Shown in pieces: positions 27,257 through 35,739 of a stretch of DNA of 48,192 nucleotides (positions are counted from its first letter, which is position 1; each line of letters opens with the position of its first letter). Location of the stretch: contig JANOTL010000157.1 in NCBI GenBank assembly GCA_031416315.1, forward strand, positions 1 through 48,192, given 5' to 3'. This DNA comes from Pseudomonadota bacterium. GTDB taxonomy: Bacteria; Bdellovibrionota_B; Oligoflexia; Oligoflexales; CAIYRB01. Position numbers and translations under genes: made by a program. The notes beneath the pieces are model-generated. The model did not search any database and had not been told where the DNA came from. It saw only the letters and a list, made by a program, of their open reading frames with translations.

Positions 27257-28392
27257 CAGGATTTCACCTCGGCGACGAATTGCTCGAGAATCCAGCCCGT
27301 GTCGCGCGGTCCGCCCGCCGCCTCGGGGTGGAACTGAACGCTGCGGAAGGGCCGCGTCTTGTGGCGGATGCCCTCGTTTGTCTGGTCGTTGACGTTGCGG
27401 AACCAGGGCTCCCAGTCGTCGGGGAGCGAGGCCTCGTCGACGACGTAGCCGTGGTTCTGGCTGGTGATGTAGCCGTGGCGCGTGCCGACTTGGTAGACCG
27501 GCTGGTTGTGGCTGCGGTGGCCGTATTTCATGCGCTCGGTGCGCGCGCCCGCGGCGAGCGACAGGATCTGGTGGCCTAAACAAATGCCGAGGATCGGCCG
27601 CTCTTCCTTCAGCAAATTCGCGACGCGATCCTTGAGCCCGCCGGTGCGCACCGGGTCGCCGGGACCGTTGGAGATGAGCCAGCCGCTACAGTCCACGTCC
27701 TTCAGGTCGTCGTTCCAAGGAATGAGCTCGACCTCGCAGCCGCGCTCGACGATCTGGCGGATGATGTTCCATTTGACGCCGCAGTCGATCAAGGCGACCC
27801 GGTGCTTGCCGGCGCCGATGCGGCGGCGCTCGCCAAGTGCTACGGCGCTCAAGATCTCGTGCTGCCCCGGGTCGAAGAAGCCTTCGCCGGCGATCGTGCT
27901 CAGCGCGGCGCCGTAGTCGCGCGTCCCGGTGGGCTCGACGGGGAGGAGCTTGCCGAGGAGGTTCGGCGTTTGCCGCACGAGGTGCACGAGGTGACGGGTG
28001 TCGAGGCCGACGACGCCGGGCACGCCTTCTTGCTTGAGCCAAGAATCGATCGACTGGAAGCTGTTCCAGTGGAAGGCCTCGATCGTGTCCATCGTGATGA
28101 TCACGCCGGCGGCGTGGACGCGGTCGCTCTCGAAGCCCCGCAGGATCGGCAGCTCCAGTTTTTTCGGCAGGGACGGGATGCCGTAGTTGCCGATCAAGGG
28201 ATAGGTGAAGATCAAGATCTGGCCGAAGTAGGACGGGTCGGTCATCGCCTCGCAATAGCCGACCATGCCGGTCGTGAACACCATCTGACCGCTCGTGGCC
28301 AGCGGCGCGCCGATCAGCTCGCCCTTGAATCGATCACCGGTCGAAAGCTCGAGCGTGCACGCTCGCCGAGGTTCTAGTCCGCTACTGCGCAT
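27256..28392 (-). CDS. carA: Carbamoyl-phosphate synthase small (glutaminase) subunit
   Basis: 'TDPSY.GQI..FTYPLIGNYG', 'SNGPGDP', 'GICLGHQ', 'SQNHG', 'QFHPEA'. Confidence 0.98.
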   Translation of the reverse strand: MRSSGLEPRRACTLELSTGDRFKGELIGAPLATSGQMVFTTGMVGYCEAMTDPSYFGQILIFTYPLIGNYGIPSLPKKLELPILRGFESDRVHAAGVIITMDTIEAFHWNSFQSIDSWLKQEGVPGVVGLDTRHLVHLVRQTPNLLGKLLPVEPTGTRDYGAALSTIAGEGFFDPGQHEILSAVALGERRRIGAGKHRVALIDCGVKWNIIRQIVERGCEVELIPWNDDLKDVDCSGWLISNGPGDPVRTGGLKDRVANLLKEERPILGICLGHQILSLAAGARTERMKYGHRSHNQPVYQVGTRHGYITSQNHGYVVDEASLPDDWEPWFRNVNDQTNEGIRHKTRPFRSVQFHPEAAGGPRDTGWILEQFVAEVKS

Positions 28393-28503
28393 GCGGGCCG
28401 CGCCTCCCGAAAAACCCCGAGGGGTCGTGTTCGTAAATTGTGCGCAAGCGTACCGGAAGCGTCGCGGCGGAGCTATAGAAGCTAATCAATTGAAATTAAT
28501 GGA

Positions 28504-29058
28504 CTAATATAGAGGTCGGAGCAGGGCGCCTTTGAGGAACGCGAGGGGGAGGCGCGCGACTTCCCACGTGTAGACGAAGGTCGGTCGCGGCACGCCTCGC
28601 CACTCGATCGTTCCGGTGTAGATCAATCGGCCGCCGGCCGTTGCGTATAGGCGTGAGAGCGCCGGCTCAGTAGTGCTGCCGAGGAGCGTTTTCTTCCCGG
28701 TGCGCTGGACGCGGCGCAAGGCGCTGAACCAGAAGCTGCTCGACACGAGGCCGCCGCGCAGGTCGGGGCGGAGCATCACGCCGTGCAGCTCGACCGTCGC
28801 GGCGAGGTCGAGCTTTTCGGCGACCGCCTCGCGATCTGCGGGCGCGACGGTGGCGTCGAGCGTGCGGAACGGCGGCTCCGTGCCGACGACGATCCCGCCG
28901 ACGATCGCGCCGCTCGCGTCGCGCGCGACGTGGACGGCGTCGCGCTCCAGGGTCTCGACCGGCGTGTGAAAGCCGGCGACCGCCTCCTGAAACGCGGCGA
29001 ACGTCGCGGCGTCTTCGCGCGTTTTCGGCAGGGGCTCGAGACGGATGAGGCGCAGCAT
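28504..29058 (-). CDS. Hypothetical protein, probable GNAT/acyltransferase fold
   Basis: 'G.IVGG', 'VELHGVMLRPDLRG', 'L.RLY...G' resemble LuxI/FeeM-like acyltransferase folds. Confidence 0.6.
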   Translation of the reverse strand: MLRLIRLEPLPKTREDAATFAAFQEAVAGFHTPVETLERDAVHVARDASGAIVGGIVVGTEPPFRTLDATVAPADREAVAEKLDLAATVELHGVMLRPDLRGGLVSSSFWFSALRRVQRTGKKTLLGSTTEPALSRLYATAGGRLIYTGTIEWRGVPRPTFVYTWEVARLPLAFLKGALLRPLY

Positions 29059-29118
29059 AGTGCCTTGAAAAAGGGAGATTCCTGGGCCAGACTCTCGGCA
29101 CCTTCAGAGGAGACCGTC

Positions 29119-30300
29119 ATGAGCCAAGTCCGCACCGTCCTTACTTACGCCAAAAGAACGCCGATCGGCAAAATGGGCGGCGCGCTCGGCACCGTCCCGG
29201 CGCCGCAGCTCGGCGCGACCCTGGTGAAGGACGCGCTCAAGAGCTCCGGCCTGAAGGGCGAGGAGATCGACGAGATCATCATGGGCTGCGTGCTCCCGGC
29301 CGGCGTCGGCCAGGCGCCGGCGCGCCAGGCGGCGATCCACGGCGGCCTGCCCAAGTCGGTGTGCGCGATGACGATCAACCGCGTCTGCGGCTCCGGCTTG
29401 AAGTCGGTGATGCTTGCGGACCAGGCGATTCGCTTGGGCGACGCGAAAATCGTGCTCGCCGGCGGCATGGAGAACATGACGCTTGCGCCGCACCTTCTGC
29501 CGAACTCCCGCGCCGGCTTCAAGTTCGGCAGCGTCGAGATGAAGGACCACATGCAGTTCGACGGCCTTTGGGATCCGTACGGCAACGCCGCGATGGGGAA
29601 CTTCGGCGATCTGTGCGCGCGGGAGTTCAAGTTCACCCGCGAGGAGCAGGACCGGTTCGCGACCCAGAGCTTCGAGCGCGCGCGCAAAGCCGTGGAATCG
29701 GGCCATTTCGCCAAAGAGATCGTGCCCGTCGAAGTCGGCGGAAAAAAGGGCGCGACCCTCGTCGACAAAGACGAGGCGCCGTTCGCGGTCGATCTGGCGA
29801 AGCTCACGACCTTGCGGCCGGCCTTCGACAAGGAAGGCACGGTGACCGCCGGCAACGCCTCGTCGATCAACGACGGCGCGGCCTTGTGCCTCTTGATGAG
29901 CGAGGAGACGGCCAAGGCGAAGGGCCAGAAGCCGATCGCGCGCATCGTCGCGCAGGCCTCGCACGCGCAGGATCCGGCGTGGTTCACGACGGCCCCGATC
30001 GAGTGCATCCGCAAGGTGCTGGCAAAGGCCGGCCTAAAGACGACCGACATCGACCAGTACGAGATCAACGAGGCGTTCGCCGTGGTGACCATGGCGGCGA
30101 TCAAGGAGCTCGCGCTCGATCCGGCGAAGGTGAATCCGTACGGCGGAGCCGTGGCGCTCGGGCATCCGATCGGGGCGAGTGGCGCTCGGGTCCTGGCGAC
30201 CTTGGTCAACGGGCTCGCCGCGACCGGGAAAAAGCGCGGTCTGGCGACGCTCTGCATCGGCGGCGGAGAAGCCAGCGCGGTGATCGTCGAGATGGTCTGA
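29119..30300 (+). CDS. Acetyl-CoA C-acetyltransferase (thiolase)
   Basis: 'INRVCGSGL', 'NEAFA', 'GGAVALGHPIGASGAR', 'LCIGGG'; GAGGAG RBS. Confidence 0.96.
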   Translation: MSQVRTVLTYAKRTPIGKMGGALGTVPAPQLGATLVKDALKSSGLKGEEIDEIIMGCVLPAGVGQAPARQAAIHGGLPKSVCAMTINRVCGSGLKSVMLADQAIRLGDAKIVLAGGMENMTLAPHLLPNSRAGFKFGSVEMKDHMQFDGLWDPYGNAAMGNFGDLCAREFKFTREEQDRFATQSFERARKAVESGHFAKEIVPVEVGGKKGATLVDKDEAPFAVDLAKLTTLRPAFDKEGTVTAGNASSINDGAALCLLMSEETAKAKGQKPIARIVAQASHAQDPAWFTTAPIECIRKVLAKAGLKTTDIDQYEINEAFAVVTMAAIKELALDPAKVNPYGGAVALGHPIGASGARVLATLVNGLAATGKKRGLATLCIGGGEASAVIVEMV

Positions 30301-30327
30301 GCACTCGGCCGCTTTGGCGGAGGGCGC

Positions 30328-30429
30328 TCAGCGCGCGAGGTACAAGACCGCAGCCGTCGCCGCGAGCAGCACGACGACGGTGATCGCCTTGATCAGGTGC
30401 TTGATTCTGGTGTCTGCATCCACGCGCAT
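30328..30429 (-). CDS. Small single-TM protein (33 aa), below the ORF-track cutoff
   Basis: MRVDADTRIKHLIKAITVVVLLAATAAVLYLAR*; sigma54 motif directly upstream. Confidence 0.65.
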   Translation of the reverse strand: MRVDADTRIKHLIKAITVVVLLAATAAVLYLAR

Positions 30430-30455
30430 GAGATCCCGCCTTCGCAGCAGGAGAG

Positions 30456-30472
30456 AGCAACGTGCATGCCAA
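30456..30472 (-). promoter_or_regulatory. Sigma54 (RpoN) promoter
   Basis: Minus strand TTGGCATGCACGTTGCT, i.e. GG-N10-GC, near-consensus TGGCAC-N5-TTGC. Confidence 0.75.
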
Positions 30473-30603
30473 ACGCCAGAGCTCACGGCCTTCGCGTGAA
30501 GTGCCGTGAAATCAGGTTGCTAGGTTTTGGCTCCGGATTCCGGGGCCGCATCGGCGGTTCACTTTTGAGCCGCGGACGCTCTGCCGGTATCGGGAGCGTG
30601 ACG

Positions 30604-30831
30604 TCAAAACGACGTGTAGTCGTTCTGCGCGCGCGCTTTCGCGCGGCTCGCCGCTTCGGCTTCTTTGGCTTTCTTCTCGATCCACTCGCGGGGGCTCGTG
30701 ATCGTGCCGGTCGCCGCCATGTTCTGCTCCTTGATCTGCGAGATGAAGATGCCGCAGCAGGCTTTGCAGGATAGCGAGGGAGCCGTGTCGCCGCGATACT
30801 CAGAGTGCTTGAAACAGACCAGGTTCTGCAT
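30604..30831 (-). CDS. Small putative metal-binding protein (C-x2-H-x12-C-x2-CC)
   Basis: MQNLVCFKHSEYRGDTAPSLSCKACC...; GAGG RBS; alternative start at 30843. Confidence 0.7.
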   Translation of the reverse strand: MQNLVCFKHSEYRGDTAPSLSCKACCGIFISQIKEQNMAATGTITSPREWIEKKAKEAEAASRAKARAQNDYTSF

Positions 30832-30890
30832 GGGAGGCCTCATAATCCGTGGGGAACGACCGCTCGGCTCAGCTTGGATGACTGAGTCTT

Positions 30891-30907
30891 TGCAGGGGCC
30901 GTGCCAG
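30891..30907 (-). promoter_or_regulatory. Sigma54 (RpoN) promoter
   Basis: Minus strand CTGGCACGGCCCCTGCA, i.e. GG-N10-GC. Confidence 0.75.
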
Positions 30908-30916
30908 GGCGGCGGA

Positions 30917-33085
30917 CTAAGAGGCCTGCTGATTTTTCGGCTGAGTCTGCGGCTTTAGGAGGCGCTTGAGGAGGCGCATCGTAAACCTTTTGTACACCTT
31001 CCGGGCAAGTGTCCCGTCTTTGTCCATCAGGTCGTTGAAGGCGTCCCGGTCGATGATCCGGATCTGGGTGTCGGGCTTGGTGGCCACGAACCGGACGGCC
31101 GAGGGCTGGTCGGCCAGGAGCCAGAGCTCGCCGAAGGTCTCCGATTCCCCCATCTGGTCGACGTAAGTGTCCTTGCCGCCGATGACGCGGTAGCAGCTCA
31201 CGACCCCGGCCGTGATGATGTACACGCCGCGGGGCTCGTCGTTATAGGTCAGGACCGCCTGGTTCTCGGCGTAAGTCATCGAGGTTCCGATGCTCCAGAG
31301 GAGAGCCTTCTGGTTCACGTCGAGGTCGGCCAGGAACTTGGCTTTGTGGAAGCTCGCTTGCGCCGGCTCGAGCGACGAGAGGTCTTCCGGCGTAGCGTCT
31401 TGGTTGAGGACGCGGAGCGGGACGAAGGCTGTCGGGGTCGGCAAGCTGAAAGGGGCGACCGGCGCTGTGGTCGGAGTCAGGACCGAGGGTGCTAGAGCCG
31501 GAGTCGGTGTCGGCACGGTGGCGAGGGGCGCAGGGGTCGGCGTCGGAGTCACCGCGATGGCCGTTGCGACGGGCGCCGGGGCTTTCTGCGGGGCGGCGGC
31601 CTCCGATTGGGGGGCTGCGGTCGGCGGCGGCGCCGTGGCTTCCAGAGCCGCGGCCACGGGCGCGTCGGGAACCGCCTGAGCCGCGCTTTGCGTGTCGCCG
31701 TCGGAAAGCGAGAATTTCGGGCCGTTGCTCGCGGTGGGTGTGTCGAACGTCGGAAGGGCCAGGCGGGGACGCGGCGGGGCGGGCTGGGCTGCCGCGGCGG
31801 AGTGCGGCGCGGAGCTTGCGACGAGCGGCGTCGTCCCGCCGGGCAGGGGGCCGGCGATCGGCGCCGGAGTCGCGACGCGCAGTGCCACGGGCACGGTCGA
31901 CGCATCTTCCGGCGGCGGCGTCACGATGATCGGGCCGGGCGCGTCGGACGGAAGGCTGGAAAGAGCAAAGCCGCCCGCGCTGGAGCTCTGCGCGGCCTGC
32001 GGCTGGTACGGCTGCGCCCGCGCTTTCTCGCGTAGCGGTCGCGCTTTGTCGTCCTTGCCGGCGCGCTCGTAGCAATAGGCCGCGCGCTCGAAGTCTTCGG
32101 CGCGCTCGAAGGCGGCGCCGGCCTCGGCGAAGGTGCCGAGACGCTCGTAGACCACGCCGGCGTGGTGATGGTTGGACGTCTTCTCGAAGACTTGCGCGAG
32201 GCATTGCGCCGAGCCGTCTTGGTAGGAGATCTCCGCCATGAGCTTCGGGCCGACGTCCGTGGCGGAGCGTTGAACGAGGCTTGCGGCGGGCTCGAGCAGA
32301 CCCTTCGCGCAGAGCGTCCGGATCGCCTCGGGCAGGCGGTTCTTCTGCATCAGGATCTCGGCGAGCCCCGGCTCGGAGTTGCCCGCGGTGAGGTGCTCGA
32401 AGATCGCTTTCACTTCTTCGTCGAGGAAGGCGACCGCCGCGAGGTTCTTCGAGGTGGTCGCGAGCCTGTCATACAGCGCCATGGAGCGCGCGGCGTTGCC
32501 GGCCTGCGCAAAGGAGCGCGCGGCCCTATGGAGGTCGCCGGCTTTTTCCCAGCATTCGCCGGCGTCGTCGGCGCGGCCGGTCTTCTCGAAATGCTCGGCG
32601 GCCATGGCGAAGTCGCCCGCCTCGCGGGCGCACTTGCCGACTTCGAGCGGCATGTTCGCCGTCTTGAACGCCTTTGCCGCGTCCTGCCACATGCCGTGGC
32701 GAGCGTAGACGACACCCGCGCGGTTCGGCTTCTGCATGCGCATGAGCGTATTGGCGGCGTCGTGGATCTGGCCTGCGTCCTCGAGAGCTTGAATCGCTTC
32801 GCGATGCATGTTGAGTTGCTCGAGGATCCGCGCGCCGGCTTGCGCCTTGCCTTCCTGCAGCAGGGATCGCGCTTGCGTGTAGAGCTTCTTCTCGGGCGAG
32901 CTGAGCGTGCGCTGGTCGGTGCGGCGCTGGGAGTTGCCGCTCGACGACGAGGACGACGAGGAAGAGCTGCTGCGACGGCCGCGGTGCTTAACGCCGCGGA
33001 CGTTCTTCATTTGTACGACGAACAACACGACGAAGCCGATGCCTAGGCCGATGAGTCCGACGAGTACTGGAGAAACTTGGGGCAA
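30917..33085 (-). CDS. Membrane-anchored TPR/SNAP-like repeat protein with C-terminal cNMP-binding domain
   Basis: N-terminal TM, poly-Ser, 'A..FE.AG....A..CYE.AG' repeats, Pro/Ala linker, 'GVYIITAGVV...FGELWLL'. TTG start. Confidence 0.85.
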   Translation of the reverse strand: MPQVSPVLVGLIGLGIGFVVLFVVQMKNVRGVKHRGRRSSSSSSSSSSSGNSQRRTDQRTLSSPEKKLYTQARSLLQEGKAQAGARILEQLNMHREAIQALEDAGQIHDAANTLMRMQKPNRAGVVYARHGMWQDAAKAFKTANMPLEVGKCAREAGDFAMAAEHFEKTGRADDAGECWEKAGDLHRAARSFAQAGNAARSMALYDRLATTSKNLAAVAFLDEEVKAIFEHLTAGNSEPGLAEILMQKNRLPEAIRTLCAKGLLEPAASLVQRSATDVGPKLMAEISYQDGSAQCLAQVFEKTSNHHHAGVVYERLGTFAEAGAAFERAEDFERAAYCYERAGKDDKARPLREKARAQPYQPQAAQSSSAGGFALSSLPSDAPGPIIVTPPPEDASTVPVALRVATPAPIAGPLPGGTTPLVASSAPHSAAAAQPAPPRPRLALPTFDTPTASNGPKFSLSDGDTQSAAQAVPDAPVAAALEATAPPPTAAPQSEAAAPQKAPAPVATAIAVTPTPTPAPLATVPTPTPALAPSVLTPTTAPVAPFSLPTPTAFVPLRVLNQDATPEDLSSLEPAQASFHKAKFLADLDVNQKALLWSIGTSMTYAENQAVLTYNDEPRGVYIITAGVVSCYRVIGGKDTYVDQMGESETFGELWLLADQPSAVRFVATKPDTQIRIIDRDAFNDLMDKDGTLARKVYKRFTMRLLKRLLKPQTQPKNQQAS

Positions 33086-33164
33086 GAGCGAGGCTCCCGG
33101 TGTTCGATGCTGCCATGGGGCTCATCGGACGCGGGGGGCGCGGAATTGATTCCGGGGCGTGACG

Positions 33165-33794
33165 CTAGATTTGGTACGTCAGACCAATATTCATGTTTCT
33201 GTCCAGGACGCTCTTGGGCTTCTCGTCGCCCGGCTTCATCGTATAGCCCGGCGAAACCGTGTACTGGAGCTTCAGGGTGAAGTCCTTGTTCAGGCGCACG
33301 CCCAAGCCGGCGCCGAGATTCGGGCCGGGCGGCAAGGTGATGTCGAAGTTGTCCATCGTGCCGTTAACCATATTGCGGGCGGTGACGACGTAGCGCTTAC
33401 CGATGATGCCGCCGAGCAGGTACGGCACGAAGAGGTCGCCTTCGTAAAGGACGACCTGCAGATCGAGCGAGTTGGAGTAGACGTGTTGCTGGCTGTAAGT
33501 CGGCTGTGGATCCTTCACGCCGTCGCCGTCGATATCCTTCGTGTCCTCGCCATCCGGGTTCTCGTAGCCTTCGCTGGTCGTGATCTGCTGCTCATGCGTG
33601 AGGCCGATGCGGATGTAGCGCCCCAAATCGACGCTCAGACTGGCGGAGGCGCCCTTCGAGTCGGTCGACTGGTAGCCGGCGCTCAACGTGCCGGCCTTGA
33701 CGGAGCCGGTGACGTGGACGGCGGCGGTCACGGGCTCGGCGCCGAAGACGGCGGCAAGGGCGAAAAGGACGCGCGTGGGACGCGAAACGCTCAT
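33165..33794 (-). CDS. Small outer-membrane beta-barrel protein
   Basis: Signal peptide, amphipathic beta strands, 'PYL.GG', 'GAGLGVRL', C-terminal beta-signal 'IGLTYQI'. Confidence 0.75.
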   Translation of the reverse strand: MSVSRPTRVLFALAAVFGAEPVTAAVHVTGSVKAGTLSAGYQSTDSKGASASLSVDLGRYIRIGLTHEQQITTSEGYENPDGEDTKDIDGDGVKDPQPTYSQQHVYSNSLDLQVVLYEGDLFVPYLLGGIIGKRYVVTARNMVNGTMDNFDITLPPGPNLGAGLGVRLNKDFTLKLQYTVSPGYTMKPGDEKPKSVLDRNMNIGLTYQI

Positions 33795-33923
33795 CGAGAG
33801 GACCTCTCGTGACGGTGGTGACCAAGATTGGCGTGGGGAGGGAGAAGCGAAAGGTAGCATGCGTGGGAAGCTCCTCGTATTATAACACGAAGCTCCCTGC
33901 AGTCGCCCACGAGGGTCCTAAGT

Positions 33924-34355
33924 ATGCCGCGGCTCGCTCTTTTCAACATGTTTTTCGGCTTTCTCGTGCTGACGCTGGCGGCCATGATGGGGCCATTTCT
34001 CGCGACGGAAATCACGGCCGGGTATTTGCGCGACCATGCTTTGCTGGGGACCTGGAAGCTTCTTTTGCAGAAGAGCTCGCACGGTCATACGAATTTGTTT
34101 GGCACCTTGCAGGTGCTCTTCGGCCTGACTTTGCCCTACTCTGCTTTAGCCGAGCGTTGGAAGAAGCTGCAGACGGCCGGCTTCATTTTCGGCGTCGTCG
34201 GCATGAGCATCGGCATGCAGCTGCGCGCGGCGGTGGGACCGGTCGAAGGCATTGATCCGACCGAGGTGCTCGTCGGCGGCTGCCTCACCGCAGCGCTTGT
34301 CGCGCTCGCGACCCACACCTTCGGCCTGGCGATGAAAACGTGGCGGCGCGCGTGA
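33924..34355 (+). CDS. 4-TM membrane protein with HxH motif
   Basis: Four hydrophobic segments; 'SSHGHTNLFG'. Confidence 0.75.
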   Translation: MPRLALFNMFFGFLVLTLAAMMGPFLATEITAGYLRDHALLGTWKLLLQKSSHGHTNLFGTLQVLFGLTLPYSALAERWKKLQTAGFIFGVVGMSIGMQLRAAVGPVEGIDPTEVLVGGCLTAALVALATHTFGLAMKTWRRA

Positions 34356-35107
34356 CGCAGCGACGGATCGTGTCTCTGGTGCCGAGCCTGACGGAGACCG
34401 TCGTCGCCATCGGACTGGGTGACGAGCTGGTCGGGATCACGAAGTTTTGCGTCGAGCCGCCGGGCCTGCACCGGACGGCGGCGCTCGTCGGCGGCACGAA
34501 GGATCCGGAGCTCGAGGCGATCTTCGCGCTGAAGCCGACGCACGTGCTCGTGAACGAGGAAGAGAATAAGCCCGAGCACATCGCGGCGCTGGGGCGGCGG
34601 GCGCCGACGTTGAACACCTTTCCCAAGGCCCCCGCCGACGTGCCGCCGATGTTGAGGAAGATCGCGGCGTTCCTCGGGGCTGGCTCGGCGGCCGAGGAGC
34701 TGTCGCGTGCGATCGAGGGCGAGTTGGAGACGAGCTCTGGGACGCAGGTCGGGAGGACGGCGCTCTACTACATTTGGCGAGAGCCCTACATGGTGGTCGC
34801 CGAGGATACCTACATCAGCGCGATGTTGAAGGCGCTGGGCTACGAGAACGCCATGAAGGACCCTGCGACGCGGTATCCGGAGTTGACGGTCGCGAAGGCG
34901 CAGGCGCTCCGTCCGGACGTGATCTTGCTGTCAACGGAGCCCTATCCGTTCCGGAAGCGGGACGTGGAGCGTCTCGTCGGGGAATGGAGCGCGGCAGGCG
35001 AAAAAGCGCCGCCCATCCTGAAAGCGGATGGGCGGCTCTTTTCGTGGTACGGCTCCGCGACGCTCGCGGCCTTGCGCGAGCCCGAGACCCTTATCCAGCC
35101 CTTTTGA
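34352..35107 (+). CDS. Helical-backbone metal receptor (BtuF-like), no signal peptide
   Basis: 'RIVSLVPSLTET', 'LVGITKFCVEP', 'VGGTKDP', 'NEEEN', 'EPYPF', 'DG.LFSWYG'. Confidence 0.9.
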   Translation: MTQRRIVSLVPSLTETVVAIGLGDELVGITKFCVEPPGLHRTAALVGGTKDPELEAIFALKPTHVLVNEEENKPEHIAALGRRAPTLNTFPKAPADVPPMLRKIAAFLGAGSAAEELSRAIEGELETSSGTQVGRTALYYIWREPYMVVAEDTYISAMLKALGYENAMKDPATRYPELTVAKAQALRPDVILLSTEPYPFRKRDVERLVGEWSAAGEKAPPILKADGRLFSWYGSATLAALREPETLIQPF

Positions 35108-35648
35108 GGTTGGCCAGGATCTCGTTGGCTTCCTTGAGGTGGGCCGCGCCTTCGACGAGCTTCTCTACCTTCACTTTGCCGCGAACGACTTCGCGGATCT
35201 GCTTCTTGTCGGTCAGCATGTCGGAGAGGCGCTTGAGCTGCTCGCGCAGCTGCATGCCCTTCTCGATGAACGCGTGGAGATCGTCGACGGAGAAGGGCTT
35301 GCGCAGGTAGCCGTCGGCGTCCTCGCCGGCGGCCGTGCTCTGCTCTTCGGAGAGGAGCGCGCCGCTGATCATGAGCATCGGAATCGCGGGGTCGTGCTTG
35401 CGCACGCGCTTCATCAGCTGGAGCCCGTCCATGCGCGGCATGCGAATATCGGAGAGCACCAGATCGATCTCTTTCTCGCGGAGCGTGTCGATCGCCTCTT
35501 TGGCGTTCTTGACGACGATGACCCGTGAAAAGAACTTGTTGAGGTGGATCTTGAAGAATTTCAGCAGCGTGCTGTCGTCGTCCACCACGAGAATGTAGCT
35601 CGTGCGGTCGTACGTGCGCTTGCCGGCGTCGTTTTTGGGGTCGCTCAT
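35091..35648 (-). CDS. Response regulator (REC domain plus short C-terminal helical tail)
   Basis: 'LVVDDD', 'LSDIRMPRMDG', 'ISG', 'YLRKPF'; GGAGG RBS. Confidence 0.92.
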   Translation of the reverse strand: MSDPKNDAGKRTYDRTSYILVVDDDSTLLKFFKIHLNKFFSRVIVVKNAKEAIDTLREKEIDLVLSDIRMPRMDGLQLMKRVRKHDPAIPMLMISGALLSEEQSTAAGEDADGYLRKPFSVDDLHAFIEKGMQLREQLKRLSDMLTDKKQIREVVRGKVKVEKLVEGAAHLKEANEILANLKRAG

Positions 35649-35667
35649 GGAAGATCCTCCATGCGGT

Positions 35668-35694
35668 GTTTCGGTCCCGAGGGAGGGTTCTTTA
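35668..35694 (-). promoter_or_regulatory. Putative sigma28 (FliA)-type promoter
   Basis: Minus strand TAAA-N15-ACCGAAAC, 19 bp upstream of the response regulator ATG. Confidence 0.55.
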
Positions 35695-35739
35695 GGGAAA
35701 CTCTCCGGGTCCCGCCAAGACGGGCGTTGTCACGGGCGC

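Noticed and set aside
27257..27583. N-terminal extension of CarB, or a CarA-CarB fusion, suggested by the ORF track
   Set aside because: The extension overlaps carA in another frame. carA has its own stop sharing one base with the carB ATG at 27256, with a GAGG RBS upstream.
32941..32972. GAC/GAG trinucleotide run as a contingency repeat
   Set aside because: It encodes a poly-Ser linker with mixed codons and is not a pure slippage tract.
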